From Candidatus Binatia bacterium (lineage in GTDB: Bacteria; Desulfobacterota; Binatia; UBA1149; CAITLU01), in assembly GCA_035626675.1 (NCBI GenBank), contig DASPNH010000127.1:23811-87810 (forward strand): 64,000 nucleotides of DNA, read 5' to 3'. Shown here in pieces: positions 41,738 to 51,022 of the stretch. The position numbers and the translations under genes were made by a program. The notes under the pieces were generated by a model. It searched no databases, had not been told where the DNA came from, and saw only the letters and a program-made list of their open reading frames with translations. Within the stretch, counting starts at the first letter, position 1, and every line of letters starts with the position of its first letter.

Positions 41738-42087
41738 GCCGACGATCTAGCCAGCGATCACCGTCGCGGCAACTTCGGCGTAGCTACCGGGAGGCCGGCA
41801 CCGCCACGGTCGTGATGCCGTTGGTGTCGCAGAGCTGAACCGGAGCTCGGACCTTTTCCTTGACGTCGAAGGAGCAGCCAGGTCCGTTCACCGACGCCGA
41901 ATACTGGCGTGTGGGATGGGCGAAAGGGGACAGTCGTCGCCTTCCGCGGCTCGCGCGGATTGTTGCCTTGACGCCCCTGACGATTGACGGGTGGCGGGCT
42001 GCGGAATATTGCGTCCAGCCATGCGCGGCTTGCGATCGCGCGACCGGCTGCCGTCGTTGCAGCTGCGGGGTACGGAAGGGGGAGCGC

Positions 42088-44085
42088 ATGTCAGAGATTT
42101 CCGCTCGGCTCGTGGCCGCATCGATGGCGGCGACGCTGCAGGTACCGCTGGTACTGCTCACGCTGTCGGTACCGCTGACGCCTGCGCTGGCGGCGAAGGA
42201 GCCGCCTTTCGTTCGTACCGAGGAGCGAGAGCCCTGCGCGGCCTACGACGAGCTGCGCCGGCCCTTCTTCGGAGACCTGCACGTGCACACGTCCTTCTCG
42301 TGGGACGCGCACATCTTCGGCAATTCGCTCAACGCTCCCGCCGATGCCTACGCCTTCGCTCGCGGCAACCCGCGGCCGGTGCCGGTGGCCGGCGTGCCGC
42401 AACAGATCCAGCTGCGGCGTGCGCTCGATTTCGCTGCCGTCACCGACCACTCCGAGTATTTCGGTCAGACGCGCATCTGTCAGACGAAGGGCGCGCCCGG
42501 CTACGACTCCTTCCATTGCAAGACGTTTCGCGGCGAGGCGGATCCGCCGGTGGGCCTGACCGCGTTTCAGCACTGGGGCCTGCAGCTGACGCTACCGTTC
42601 CTGGAAGACATCTCCGCCTGCGATTCGCCCGGCGTCTGCGATGCAGCGGCAGTCACCGTCTGGCAGGAGACGCAGAACGCGGCCGAGGCTGCCTACGACC
42701 GAACCGAGGCCTGCACGTTCACCAGCTTCGTCGCCTACGAGTACACGGGCAGCACGGGCGGCAACAACGGCCACCGCAACGTGATCTTCCGCAACCACAA
42801 CGTGCCGGCGTTCCCGACTTCGTCCTTCGAGACGGACGGCACCAATGCGCCGGCGCTGTGGCAGGCGCTGCAGCAGACCTGCATCGAAGGAACTCCCGGC
42901 TGCCAGGTGCTGGCGATCCCGCACAACTCCAACATCTCGGGTGGCACGATGTTCACCGCACCGGCAACGATCGAGGAGGCGGCCACGCGTGCGGTGTTCG
43001 AGCCGCTGGCGGAGATCGCCCAGATCAAGGGATCCTCGGAGTGCCGCTTCGACCGGCAGGTAGGAATGGGTGCAGGCACCGAGGACGAGCTGTGCGCATG
43101 GGAAAACCGCCTGCCACAGATGCAGAGCCCGGTTCCCGGAGTTCCCTATGTCGTCGACATCGACGAGTACCCGCTGAGCAACATGCTGCGCAACGCGCTG
43201 AAGGGAGGCCTCGCTCTGGACCGGGCCATCGGCGTCAATCCCTTCCGCTTCGGCTTCATCGGCAGCACCGATACGCACAACGGCACGCCCGGAGCCGCCG
43301 AAGAGGACGAGCCGTACGGCAATCACGGCCTCAACGACGATACGCTGGTGAAGCGCGTGCGCGGCGATCTGATCTACGACACGCCGGGCGCACTGGCCGT
43401 GCTGTGGGCCGAAGAGAACAGCCGCGATTCGTTGTTCACGGCGATGCAGCGCCGCGAGGCCTACGCGACCAGCGGCACGCGCCCGGTCGTGCGCTTCTTC
43501 GGCGGGTGGAAATACAAGGACAAGCTCTGCGGCAAGAAGCGACAGGTGAAACGCGGCTATCGCAAGGGGGTGCCGATGGGATCCTATCTTCCCGAGCGAA
43601 AGGGAGACCGCTCACCGCGTTTCTACGTCAGCGCCATGAAAGACGCCGGGACCATCGAGCGGCCCGGCACCGACCTGCAGCGCATCCAGATCGTCAAGGG
43701 ATGGGTGGATGCCGCCGGCGTCACCCATGAACAGGTGTTCGACGTGGCCGGCAGTGCAGCCCTCGGTGCCGGCGTGGATCCGGCTTCCTGCGCACCGACC
43801 GGGCAGGGCTTCGCCGACCTCTGCACGGTCTGGGAAGATCCGGACTTCGATCCGGCGCTGCACGCGTTCTACTACGCGCGCGTGCTCGAGAACCCTAGCT
43901 GCCGGTGGAGCACGCTGGCATGCAAGCAGCTCGGCGCCGATCCGTTCTCGCCGACGTGCCTGAGCTCGGCCTCGGCGCTGGGCATCGAGAACTGCTGCCT
44001 GAACCAGGCCAACGATCCATTCCTGTCGCCCACGACGCAAGAGCGCGCCTGGACCTCGCCGATCTGGTACCGGCCGGCTTCCTAG
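42088..44085 (+). CDS. DUF3604-family secreted protein (PHP-like metal-dependent hydrolase fold)
   Basis: A GAAGGGGGAG RBS lies upstream. The signal peptide MSEISARLVAASMAATLQVPLVLLTLSVPLTPALA is followed by FFGDLHVHTSFSWDA (His-rich PHP-like metal site). Confidence 0.6.
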   Translation: MSEISARLVAASMAATLQVPLVLLTLSVPLTPALAAKEPPFVRTEEREPCAAYDELRRPFFGDLHVHTSFSWDAHIFGNSLNAPADAYAFARGNPRPVPVAGVPQQIQLRRALDFAAVTDHSEYFGQTRICQTKGAPGYDSFHCKTFRGEADPPVGLTAFQHWGLQLTLPFLEDISACDSPGVCDAAAVTVWQETQNAAEAAYDRTEACTFTSFVAYEYTGSTGGNNGHRNVIFRNHNVPAFPTSSFETDGTNAPALWQALQQTCIEGTPGCQVLAIPHNSNISGGTMFTAPATIEEAATRAVFEPLAEIAQIKGSSECRFDRQVGMGAGTEDELCAWENRLPQMQSPVPGVPYVVDIDEYPLSNMLRNALKGGLALDRAIGVNPFRFGFIGSTDTHNGTPGAAEEDEPYGNHGLNDDTLVKRVRGDLIYDTPGALAVLWAEENSRDSLFTAMQRREAYATSGTRPVVRFFGGWKYKDKLCGKKRQVKRGYRKGVPMGSYLPERKGDRSPRFYVSAMKDAGTIERPGTDLQRIQIVKGWVDAAGVTHEQVFDVAGSAALGAGVDPASCAPTGQGFADLCTVWEDPDFDPALHAFYYARVLENPSCRWSTLACKQLGADPFSPTCLSSASALGIENCCLNQANDPFLSPTTQERAWTSPIWYRPAS

Positions 44086-44110
44086 ACGGCGTCGTGAAGG
44101 CATCGATGTC

Positions 44111-45049
44111 GTGAACGCGGCCCTGGCTGCCGCAGCGCGGGCCCCCGCGCTGCACTTCATGCTTCTGGGCGCCTCCTTGCTGGCGATCGATTCGCTGACA
44201 GAGCCGCCTCTGCGCCAGCCCTCCTATACGATCCAGGTCCCATCCTACGTGCTGGCGCGCGCTGGTCTCGGAGCCGACGATCCGGCCGTGCAGGCATGGA
44301 TCGACGAGGAGGTCCTGTATCGCGAGGGGCTGCGGCGCGGCATGGCATGGAACCCTTCGGCCATCGCCAGGATGCTGCATGTCGGCCGCTTCGTCGGCGC
44401 TGCCGGTGACGGTCACGACGACGGTCACGACGACGAGAAAGTACTGGCCGAAGTTTCGCGCCTCGGGCTTGCCAGCAATGACCCCGTGATCCGGGCGCAG
44501 GTTGCGGGCCGGATGCGCTTGCTACTGTACGCAGCGGCAATGCAGCGCGAGCCGGCGGGGGACGAGCTCGAACACTACTTCGACGAGCATCGGGGGCGTT
44601 TTGCCAGGCCGTCACGCGCCACGTTTTCGCACGTGTTCGTGCGTCGCGACCGCGGGCCCTCCGGCGAGCAGATCGCGGCGTCGATCGCGACGCGGCTGCA
44701 GCGTGAGGGTCTCGGCGCCGGCGCGGCGGCTGATCTCGGCGATGTCTTTCGGCCAGGGCACCGGTTCACATCGGTTTCGCCGCGCGACATCGATGCCGTG
44801 CTCGGCCCGCAGGCTGCTCTTGCCGTCATGCGCGAGCCGCTGCGGCAGTGGTCGGCCCCGGTCCAGAGTGCCTATGGCTGGCACGTGCTGCGGGTAGAGG
44901 AGCGCTCGACGCACGAATCGGCGCCGCTTGCCGACATCCGCGCGACGGTCCTGCAGGCGTGGCGAAGCGAGCGCGCCAGGGACGAGGTGGCGCGTAGGCT
45001 GCAGGAACTGCGCGCGCGCTATCTGGTGGTGCTCGGCGCAGCATCCTAG
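44111..45049 (+). CDS. PpiC/parvulin-type peptidyl-prolyl isomerase domain protein
   Basis: The C-terminal PVQSAYGWHVLRVEER is a parvulin rotamase signature. The N-terminus is a TM/signal segment. The protein starts at a GTG (or at ATG 44157). Confidence 0.5.
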   Translation: MNAALAAAARAPALHFMLLGASLLAIDSLTEPPLRQPSYTIQVPSYVLARAGLGADDPAVQAWIDEEVLYREGLRRGMAWNPSAIARMLHVGRFVGAAGDGHDDGHDDEKVLAEVSRLGLASNDPVIRAQVAGRMRLLLYAAAMQREPAGDELEHYFDEHRGRFARPSRATFSHVFVRRDRGPSGEQIAASIATRLQREGLGAGAAADLGDVFRPGHRFTSVSPRDIDAVLGPQAALAVMREPLRQWSAPVQSAYGWHVLRVEERSTHESAPLADIRATVLQAWRSERARDEVARRLQELRARYLVVLGAAS

Positions 45050-45220
45050 CTGGCGCGCGAGACGGGTCGGCGCAGCCGGTGCCTGAAAGGACAACCGGCG
45101 CGACCAAATGTCTCCAGGTCATCAGAAGAAGAAATCGAAACCTGGGGGCTGCGGCCGTAAGGCGGTTGTTGGCAGCCGAAGCTCGCGTCCATACAGGAAG
45201 GGCCCAAAAGGAGGACACTC

Positions 45221-45586
45221 ATGAAACGGACCTTTGCAATGATCGTCATGGCCACACTCATTCTCTCCGGCGCCGCCGCGGCGCATGCAGGCAAGCGCGT
45301 CACCACTGGCTCCAGCGGATTGACCGAGATGGTGGAGTGCACGGTCATCAACGTCTCCGAGACCAAGCCCGTCATCGTCGACATCAGGGTCCGCAACGCA
45401 TTCGGCGGCGTGGTCACGCAGCTGCCAGCGCAGAACATTCCGCCGTTGTCGCGCGGGCTGGTAGCTTTCAGCGCTACCGATCTGTGGTGCGAGTTCGTCG
45501 TGATTTCCGGCAGCACCAAGCAGCTGCGGGCCAATTCGGTCATGTACGAGAACGGCGCGGTCATCGGCACCGAAGCGGCCCGGTGA
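45221..45586 (+). CDS. Small secreted protein (121 aa), unknown function
   Basis: A strong RBS AAAAGGAGGA sits 6 nt upstream. The signal peptide is MKRTFAMIVMATLILSGAAAAHA. Confidence 0.6.
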   Translation: MKRTFAMIVMATLILSGAAAAHAGKRVTTGSSGLTEMVECTVINVSETKPVIVDIRVRNAFGGVVTQLPAQNIPPLSRGLVAFSATDLWCEFVVISGSTKQLRANSVMYENGAVIGTEAAR

Positions 45587-45833
45587 TCGCGCCGGGAAAG
45601 ATCGTGCGCTCCCTTCCTTGACCGGCGCGGTCTCGACTTCGCTGCGATTCCCGGCGCTGCTCCCCCTACCGCGTGCCGGGACTAACAGCTCCCAGGACGA
45701 CATCAGCCCGACGGCCAATGCTCGCCTCTACCAGATGGCCACACCGGCTTCGGATGAACGGATAAGGCATTGCGGCAACGTTGCCGGCAGGTTTAAGCTG
45801 CGCGATCCGGCGCCGGTGCTGAGGGGGGCCGAA

Positions 45834-46952
45834 ATGGATCCGCGATTCTTCTGGGTGGGACGCTGCCTTGCGGCCACCATGTGCCTGCTTGCACTTTCTT
45901 CCTCCGCAGAGCGCGCAAGTGCGCAGGAAGCGCCGATCCCCTGCGCTTCCGCCCAATCCCCCGAGCCGCTGCCCCTCCCCGTCAGCACGGCGACCTTGCG
46001 CGCTGCGCGCAGAACAGTGCCCCGCGGCGCCGGGGATTTCGACATCGTGCTCGAAGCCGGTGTGACGCTGGCGGCCAACGCCCCGGCGCTAGCGGCGTTC
46101 GAGCGTGCGGCGCAGAGCTGGGAAGACCGCTTCACCGATCCGATCACCGTCACCATCCAGGCCGACCTCTTCGACTTCGGCAACGCCGTGACCATTGGCT
46201 CGACCCTGCCGGTGGTGCTGAACGGCCCCTTCGCAACCGTGCGAAGCTTCCTGGTAGCCGATTCCCTCAACGAGCCCGACGACACCATCGTCGCTTCGAT
46301 CCCGACCGAAGCGAACTTCAACTATTTCGCCGTCAACAACTACTCGGCCAATGCGACCAAGGCGACCAAGGCGAGCCTGAAGGCGGCTGGCGCGTCGGGG
46401 CTGGACGAGACGTTCGGAGCCAGCGACGGCACCATCGTGTTCAACACGCAGTTCGCGTTCGACTTCGACAGCTCCGACGGCATCACCGAAGACACGGTGG
46501 ACTTCGAAACGGTGGCGGCGCACGAGATCGCGCACCTGCTCGGCTTCTTCTCGAACGTCGATACGGTCGATCAGCTCGTTTTCGCAGGGGCACCGCCGCA
46601 GCCGACGCAGATCGCGACGCTCGACCTCTTCCGTTTCCGCCGTGACATGGCGAACAACCCTGCCGTGGTCGCCGATTTTGCGACGTTTCCGCGCACGCAG
46701 ACGCCCAACTCCGACGACGTCACCGACGACGTCGAGGCCGAGTACCGGATGTCCTCCGGTGCCAGGACGGGCGACGGCCGGCAGGCCAGCCACTGGAAGG
46801 ACGACCACATCACCGGCGTGCTCATCGGCTTGATGGACCCCAACCTGGATCAGGGCGAGATCCACGAGATCACCGACGCCGACGTGCGCGCTCTGGATCT
46901 GATCGGATACGAGACCAACGCCGTGGTCTGCGGCAACGGCTCACCGAGGTGA
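45834..46952 (+). CDS. NF038122-type secreted metalloprotease domain, 5' part of an apparently frameshifted gene
   Basis: A GAGGGGGG RBS lies upstream. The signal peptide MDPRFFWVGRCLAATMCLLALSSSAERASA is present, with HEIAHLLGF (HExxH) and ASHWKDDH motifs. The ORF ends ...VVCGNGSPR* in the middle of a Cys-rich repeat. Confidence 0.65.
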   Translation: MDPRFFWVGRCLAATMCLLALSSSAERASAQEAPIPCASAQSPEPLPLPVSTATLRAARRTVPRGAGDFDIVLEAGVTLAANAPALAAFERAAQSWEDRFTDPITVTIQADLFDFGNAVTIGSTLPVVLNGPFATVRSFLVADSLNEPDDTIVASIPTEANFNYFAVNNYSANATKATKASLKAAGASGLDETFGASDGTIVFNTQFAFDFDSSDGITEDTVDFETVAAHEIAHLLGFFSNVDTVDQLVFAGAPPQPTQIATLDLFRFRRDMANNPAVVADFATFPRTQTPNSDDVTDDVEAEYRMSSGARTGDGRQASHWKDDHITGVLIGLMDPNLDQGEIHEITDADVRALDLIGYETNAVVCGNGSPR

Positions 46953-47788
46953 CGGAGGCCTGCGACGATGGCAACGTCGCCGCCAACGATTGCTGCTCGC
47001 CCACGTGTCAGTTCGAATCCGCAGTGACCGCATGCGCCAGCGACGGCGACGTCTGCACCGACGACCACTGCGACGCTGCCGGCACCTGCGTTCACACCGA
47101 CAACGCGGCGCCTTGCGACGACGGCTTCTTCTGCACCGCCGTCGATACCTGCATCAAGGGGACTTGCACGGGCGCCGGCAATCCTTGTCCCAACGCAGAC
47201 GGCGACGTCGATTGCAGCGAGTCCTGCGACGAGACGGCCAACGCCTGCACGGCGCCCGACCAGAACGGCTCGCCATGCAACGACGAGCTCTTCTGCACCG
47301 CCACCGATGCGTGCTCGGGAGGGTCGTGCACGGGCACCGGCGATCCCTGCCCAGGTCCCAACGGTGATGCGACGTGCGCGCAGTCGTGCAACGAGACCGC
47401 CAACGACTGCACCGCCACGGATCCGAACCTGAGCGCGTGCAACGACGGCGATGAATGCACGATCGGCGATCAGTGCGTGGCCGGCCAGTGCGTGGGCGCC
47501 CCCAACCCGGTCTGCGCAACGACGACGACCATGCAGTCGACGACGACGACGATGGCGGAGACGACCACTACCACGCTCGTCGAGACTGTCGTGTGCGGCG
47601 ATGCCAGTGGCGACGGACTCATCACCGCCACCGACGCGCTACGTGTCCTGCGCTCGGCGGTCGGACAGTTCGTGTGCCTGCTGGCGATCTGCGACTACAC
47701 GGGTGACGGCAACATCACTGCCAGCGACGCGCTCGCCGTGCTGCGCAAAGCCGTAGGCCTCCCGTCGCTGCCCAAGTGCCCTGTTTAA
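46949..47788 (+). CDS. Four or five Myxococcus-type cysteine-rich repeats plus a type I dockerin, 3' part of the same frameshifted gene
   Basis: TEACDDGNVAANDCCSPTCQFE continues the repeat broken at 46945. Further repeats follow with the C..C.D..C signature. The C-terminus VVCGDASGDGLITATDALRVLR...DYTGDGNITASDALAVLR is a canonical two-segment dockerin. Confidence 0.65.
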   Translation: MTEACDDGNVAANDCCSPTCQFESAVTACASDGDVCTDDHCDAAGTCVHTDNAAPCDDGFFCTAVDTCIKGTCTGAGNPCPNADGDVDCSESCDETANACTAPDQNGSPCNDELFCTATDACSGGSCTGTGDPCPGPNGDATCAQSCNETANDCTATDPNLSACNDGDECTIGDQCVAGQCVGAPNPVCATTTTMQSTTTTMAETTTTTLVETVVCGDASGDGLITATDALRVLRSAVGQFVCLLAICDYTGDGNITASDALAVLRKAVGLPSLPKCPV

Positions 47789-47806
47789 GGGGACTGTCCC
47801 CTTAAA
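47784..47806. repeat. 23-bp perfect palindrome TTTAAGGGGACTGTCCCCTTAAA (copy 1)
   Basis: The palindrome was read directly from the sequence. It sits in the convergent intergenic region between the dockerin gene and argF. Confidence 0.85.
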
Positions 47807-47866
47807 GGCAGGCCGCAAGACTTTCCTGGCAACACACTCGCTGCGAGCGGGGCAGCGGCGAAGTCA

Positions 47867-47885
47867 TAAGGGGACTGTCCCCTTA
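47867..47885. repeat. Palindrome TAAGGGGACTGTCCCCTTA (copy 2, core identical)
   Basis: It lies 60 bp from copy 1 and immediately 3' of the argF stop. Confidence 0.85.
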
Positions 47886-47889
47886 AGCG

Positions 47890-48816
47890 TCAGCGGGCTT
47901 CGTCGGCTCCGACGAGCCAGGCCAGGATCGCCTTCTGGATGTGCAGGCGGTTCTCGGCCTGCTCGAGGACGACGGCGCGCGGGCCGTCGATGACGCTGGC
48001 GGTGATCTCCTCGCCGCGATGCGCGGGCAGGCAGTGCATGACCACGGCATCGTCGGCCGCCTTGGCCACCACCGCGTCGTTGATCTGGTAGCGGCGGAAA
48101 GCCTTGCGCCGCCGCTCGGCCTCCACCTCCTGTCCCATACTCGTCCACACGTCGGTGTACAGGACGTCGGCGCCTTTGACGGCCGCCGCAACGTCATGCG
48201 TGATCAGCACGCGCCCTGGCGCGGCGGCTTCGGCTTCGGCCACGATGTCGGCATCGGGCTCGTAGCCGGGAGGGCACGCCAGGCGAAAGTCCAGGCCGAG
48301 CTTGACCGCGGCGAGCAGCCAGGAGTGCACCATGTTGTTGCCGTCGCCGACGAACGCCACCTTGAGCCCTTCGGTATTCTCGCGCAGCTCGATCAGGGTC
48401 AGCACGTCGGCCAGCACCTGGCAGGGGTGGTAGAGGTCGGAGAGGCCGTTGATGACGGGCACCGTCGAGTTCTGCGCCAGGTCGACGACCGAGGTATGCG
48501 CGAAGGTGCGCGCCACGATCACGTCGACCCAGCGCGAGAGATTGGCGGCGATGTCGGAGACCGGCTCGCGCGTGCCGAGCTGGATGTCGCCGGGCGCGAG
48601 ATAGATCGCGTCGCCGCCCAGCTGATACATGCCCGTCTCGAAGGTGACGCGCGTGCGCAGGCTCGGCTTCTCGAAGATCATCGCCAGCGTGCGACCGGTC
48701 AGCCACCGATGCGGGCGGCGCGAGCGCACGTCGTCCTTCATGCGACGCGCCAGCGCCACCAGGTGCAGAATCTCTTCGCGCGTCAGATCGCGCAGTGTGA
48801 CCAGGTCTCTCTTCAT
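47890..48816 (-). CDS. argF: Ornithine carbamoyltransferase
   Basis: STRTR is present as SLRTRVTFE. The HPCQ and DVWTSMG carbamoyl-phosphate/ornithine-binding motifs are present. The ATG at 48816 overlaps the argD stop as ATGA. The 747-aa track ORF is an upstream read-through artefact. Confidence 0.9.
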   Translation of the reverse strand: MKRDLVTLRDLTREEILHLVALARRMKDDVRSRRPHRWLTGRTLAMIFEKPSLRTRVTFETGMYQLGGDAIYLAPGDIQLGTREPVSDIAANLSRWVDVIVARTFAHTSVVDLAQNSTVPVINGLSDLYHPCQVLADVLTLIELRENTEGLKVAFVGDGNNMVHSWLLAAVKLGLDFRLACPPGYEPDADIVAEAEAAAPGRVLITHDVAAAVKGADVLYTDVWTSMGQEVEAERRRKAFRRYQINDAVVAKAADDAVVMHCLPAHRGEEITASVIDGPRAVVLEQAENRLHIQKAILAWLVGADEAR

Positions 48817-49985
48817 GGTCGAATTGCCTCGGCGATGGCCAGCGCGCCTTCCTCGGCTTCTTCCTGCGTCAGCACCAGCGGCGGCAACAGGCGCAGCACG
48901 CAGCCGGCGGTGGCGTTGGCGATGACGCCGAGTTCGAGAAGTCGCAGCACGACGGGCCGAGCCTGGGTCTTCAGCTCGACGCCGATCATCAGGCCCTTGC
49001 CGCGGATGTCGACGACGGAATCGAAACCGGAGAGCAGCTCGCGCAGGCGGCGCATCAGATAGTCTCCGACCCGTGCCGCGTTCTCGGTCACGCCTCCCTC
49101 GACGAGCTCGCGCATCACGGCCAGGGCGGCGGCGCAGCAGACCGGATTGGCCCCGAACGTGGTGCCGTGCGAGCCCGGCACCAAGGCGGCCGCGACTTCC
49201 TCTCGCGCGATGACGGCGCCGATCGGCAATCCGGCGGCAAGGCCCTTGGCCGTGGCCAGGATGTCGGGCGCGACGCCTTCGTGCTCGTACGCGAACAGCT
49301 TGCCGGTGCGGCCGTTGCCGGTCTGCACTTCGTCCAGGACCAGCAGCGCGCCGCTCTCGTCGCAGATGCGGCGCAGCGCTTTCAGATAGCCCGGCGGCGG
49401 CACCAGGATGCCGCCCTCGCCGATGATGGGCTCGACCAGCACCGCCGCCGTGTCGGCGTCGACGGCCGCTGCGATGGCATCGATGTTGCACGGCTCGACG
49501 TGCACGAAGCCTTCGAGCATCGGGCCGAACCCTTCCTTGAGGCTGTCCTGTCCGGTGGCGGACAGCGCGCCGTAGGTACGGCCGTGAAAGGAGCGGTGCA
49601 CCGAGACGATCTTGTAGCGGCCCTTCGAATACCGGCGCGCCATCTTGATGGCGGCCTCGTTGGCCTCGGCGCCGCTGTTGCAGAAGAACACGCGGTCGCC
49701 GAAGGTCAGCTCCACCAGCCGCTCGGCAAGGTCGGCACCGGGCTCGTGGTAGTAGAGGTTGGAGGTGTGGATGAGCTTCTGGCTCTGCTCGCGAACCGCC
49801 GCCGCCACTGCCGGATGCGCGCAGCCGAGCGAAGAGACGCCCAGTCCCGAGAACAGGTCCAGATACTCGCGATCTTCGTCGCTTCTGAGACGGCAGCCGT
49901 TGCCCGACACGAACGCGATGGGGAAGCGCGCGTAGTTGCCTACCAGGTAGCGGTCGCTTCGCGTGAGGATGGAGCCGGCGCTCAT
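48813..49985 (-). CDS. argD: Acetylornithine aminotransferase
   Basis: It is a class-III PLP aminotransferase, with LVLDEVQTGNGRTGKLFA and ATAKGLAAGLPIGA. The ATG at 49985 overlaps the argB stop. Confidence 0.9.
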   Translation of the reverse strand: MSAGSILTRSDRYLVGNYARFPIAFVSGNGCRLRSDEDREYLDLFSGLGVSSLGCAHPAVAAAVREQSQKLIHTSNLYYHEPGADLAERLVELTFGDRVFFCNSGAEANEAAIKMARRYSKGRYKIVSVHRSFHGRTYGALSATGQDSLKEGFGPMLEGFVHVEPCNIDAIAAAVDADTAAVLVEPIIGEGGILVPPPGYLKALRRICDESGALLVLDEVQTGNGRTGKLFAYEHEGVAPDILATAKGLAAGLPIGAVIAREEVAAALVPGSHGTTFGANPVCCAAALAVMRELVEGGVTENAARVGDYLMRRLRELLSGFDSVVDIRGKGLMIGVELKTQARPVVLRLLELGVIANATAGCVLRLLPPLVLTQEEAEEGALAIAEAIRP

Positions 49986-51022
49986 TTCTTCGCTCGCGAG
50001 GCGGCCACGGCCGCGCTCTTCGTGGCAGGCCGATCGCTTTCGGCGCTTCGCTTCTCTCGCGCGCTGGCGGCGGCGTGCCTGGCGGTCGTCGCGACAGACG
50101 CAGGCTCTCGCGGCTGTGCGCCGGCGGCCGCACGTTTCAGCAGCACCTCGGTGCCGACGCCGCCGGAGGTGAAGATCTCGAGCAGCACGGCGTGTTTCAC
50201 GCGGCCGTCGATGATGTGCACCTGGCCCACGCCGTTCTCGAGCGCGTGGATGGCGCATTCGACCTTGGGCACCATGCCCGAGGCGATGGAGCCGGCGCGG
50301 ATCTGCTTGTGCGCGTCCTGCGCGGTCAGGTACGGCTGCACCGTTCCCTTGGCGTCCTTGATGCCGGCGACGTCGGTCAGCAGGATCAGCTTGTCCGCCT
50401 TGAGCGCGGCCGCGATCTCGCCCGCCGCCACGTCGGCGTTGACGTTGTAGGTGCCGCCGTTCTCGTCGGTGGCGATGGGTGCGATCACGGGGATGAAATC
50501 GGTTCCCGCGATGCGCTCGATGATCTCGCCGTCGACGTGCTCGATCTTGCCGACCAGGCCCACGTCGACGGTTTCGGGCTTCCTGCCCTTTTCCTGGACC
50601 GTCACCATCAGCTTGCTGGCGTGCAGCAGGCGGCCGTCCTTGCCGGTAAGGCCGATGGCCTTGCCGCCGTGGCGGTGGATCATGCCGACGATGGTCTTGT
50701 TGATCTGTCCGCCGAGCACCATCTCGACGATTTCCATGGTGTCCTCGTCGGTGACGCGCATGCCGCGCACGAATCGAGACTGGATGCCGTGCTTGGAGAG
50801 CGCCTGCTCGATCTGCGGTCCGCCGCCGTGGACGACGACCGGACGCAGGCCGATGGAGCGCAGCAGGACCACGTCCTCGGCAAAGCCGGACTGAAGCTGC
50901 TCGTCGAGCATGGCATGGCCGCCGTACTTGATGACGATGGTACGGCCGGCAAAGCGACGCAGGTAGGGCAGCGTTTCCAGCAGTACGTCGGCTTTGGCGA
51001 TCAGCTCATCCATGGCGCCCAT
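49982..51022 (-). CDS. argB: Acetylglutamate kinase with a C-terminal basic low-complexity tail
   Basis: IVIKYGGHAM and VVHGGGPQI are present, along with the AAK-family fold. The last roughly 50 aa (AAGAQPREPASVATTARHAAASAREKRSAESDRPATKSAAVAASRAKK) form an unusual Ala/Lys/Arg-rich extension. Confidence 0.88.
   Translation of the reverse strand: MGAMDELIAKADVLLETLPYLRRFAGRTIVIKYGGHAMLDEQLQSGFAEDVVLLRSIGLRPVVVHGGGPQIEQALSKHGIQSRFVRGMRVTDEDTMEIVEMVLGGQINKTIVGMIHRHGGKAIGLTGKDGRLLHASKLMVTVQEKGRKPETVDVGLVGKIEHVDGEIIERIAGTDFIPVIAPIATDENGGTYNVNADVAAGEIAAALKADKLILLTDVAGIKDAKGTVQPYLTAQDAHKQIRAGSIASGMVPKVECAIHALENGVGQVHIIDGRVKHAVLLEIFTSGGVGTEVLLKRAAAGAQPREPASVATTARHAAASAREKRSAESDRPATKSAAVAASRAKK

Noticed and set aside
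46985-47002. GTTCGAATCC TpsiC-loop-like motif that might indicate a tRNA
   Set aside because: It lies inside the Cys-rich repeat coding sequence (CQFESAVT). There is no acceptor or anticodon stem context.
47890-50133. 747-aa ORF covering argF and argD
   Set aside because: This is an upstream read-through of the argF frame. The true argF start (ATG 48816) is fixed by the STRTR-containing N-terminus and the ATGA overlap with argD.
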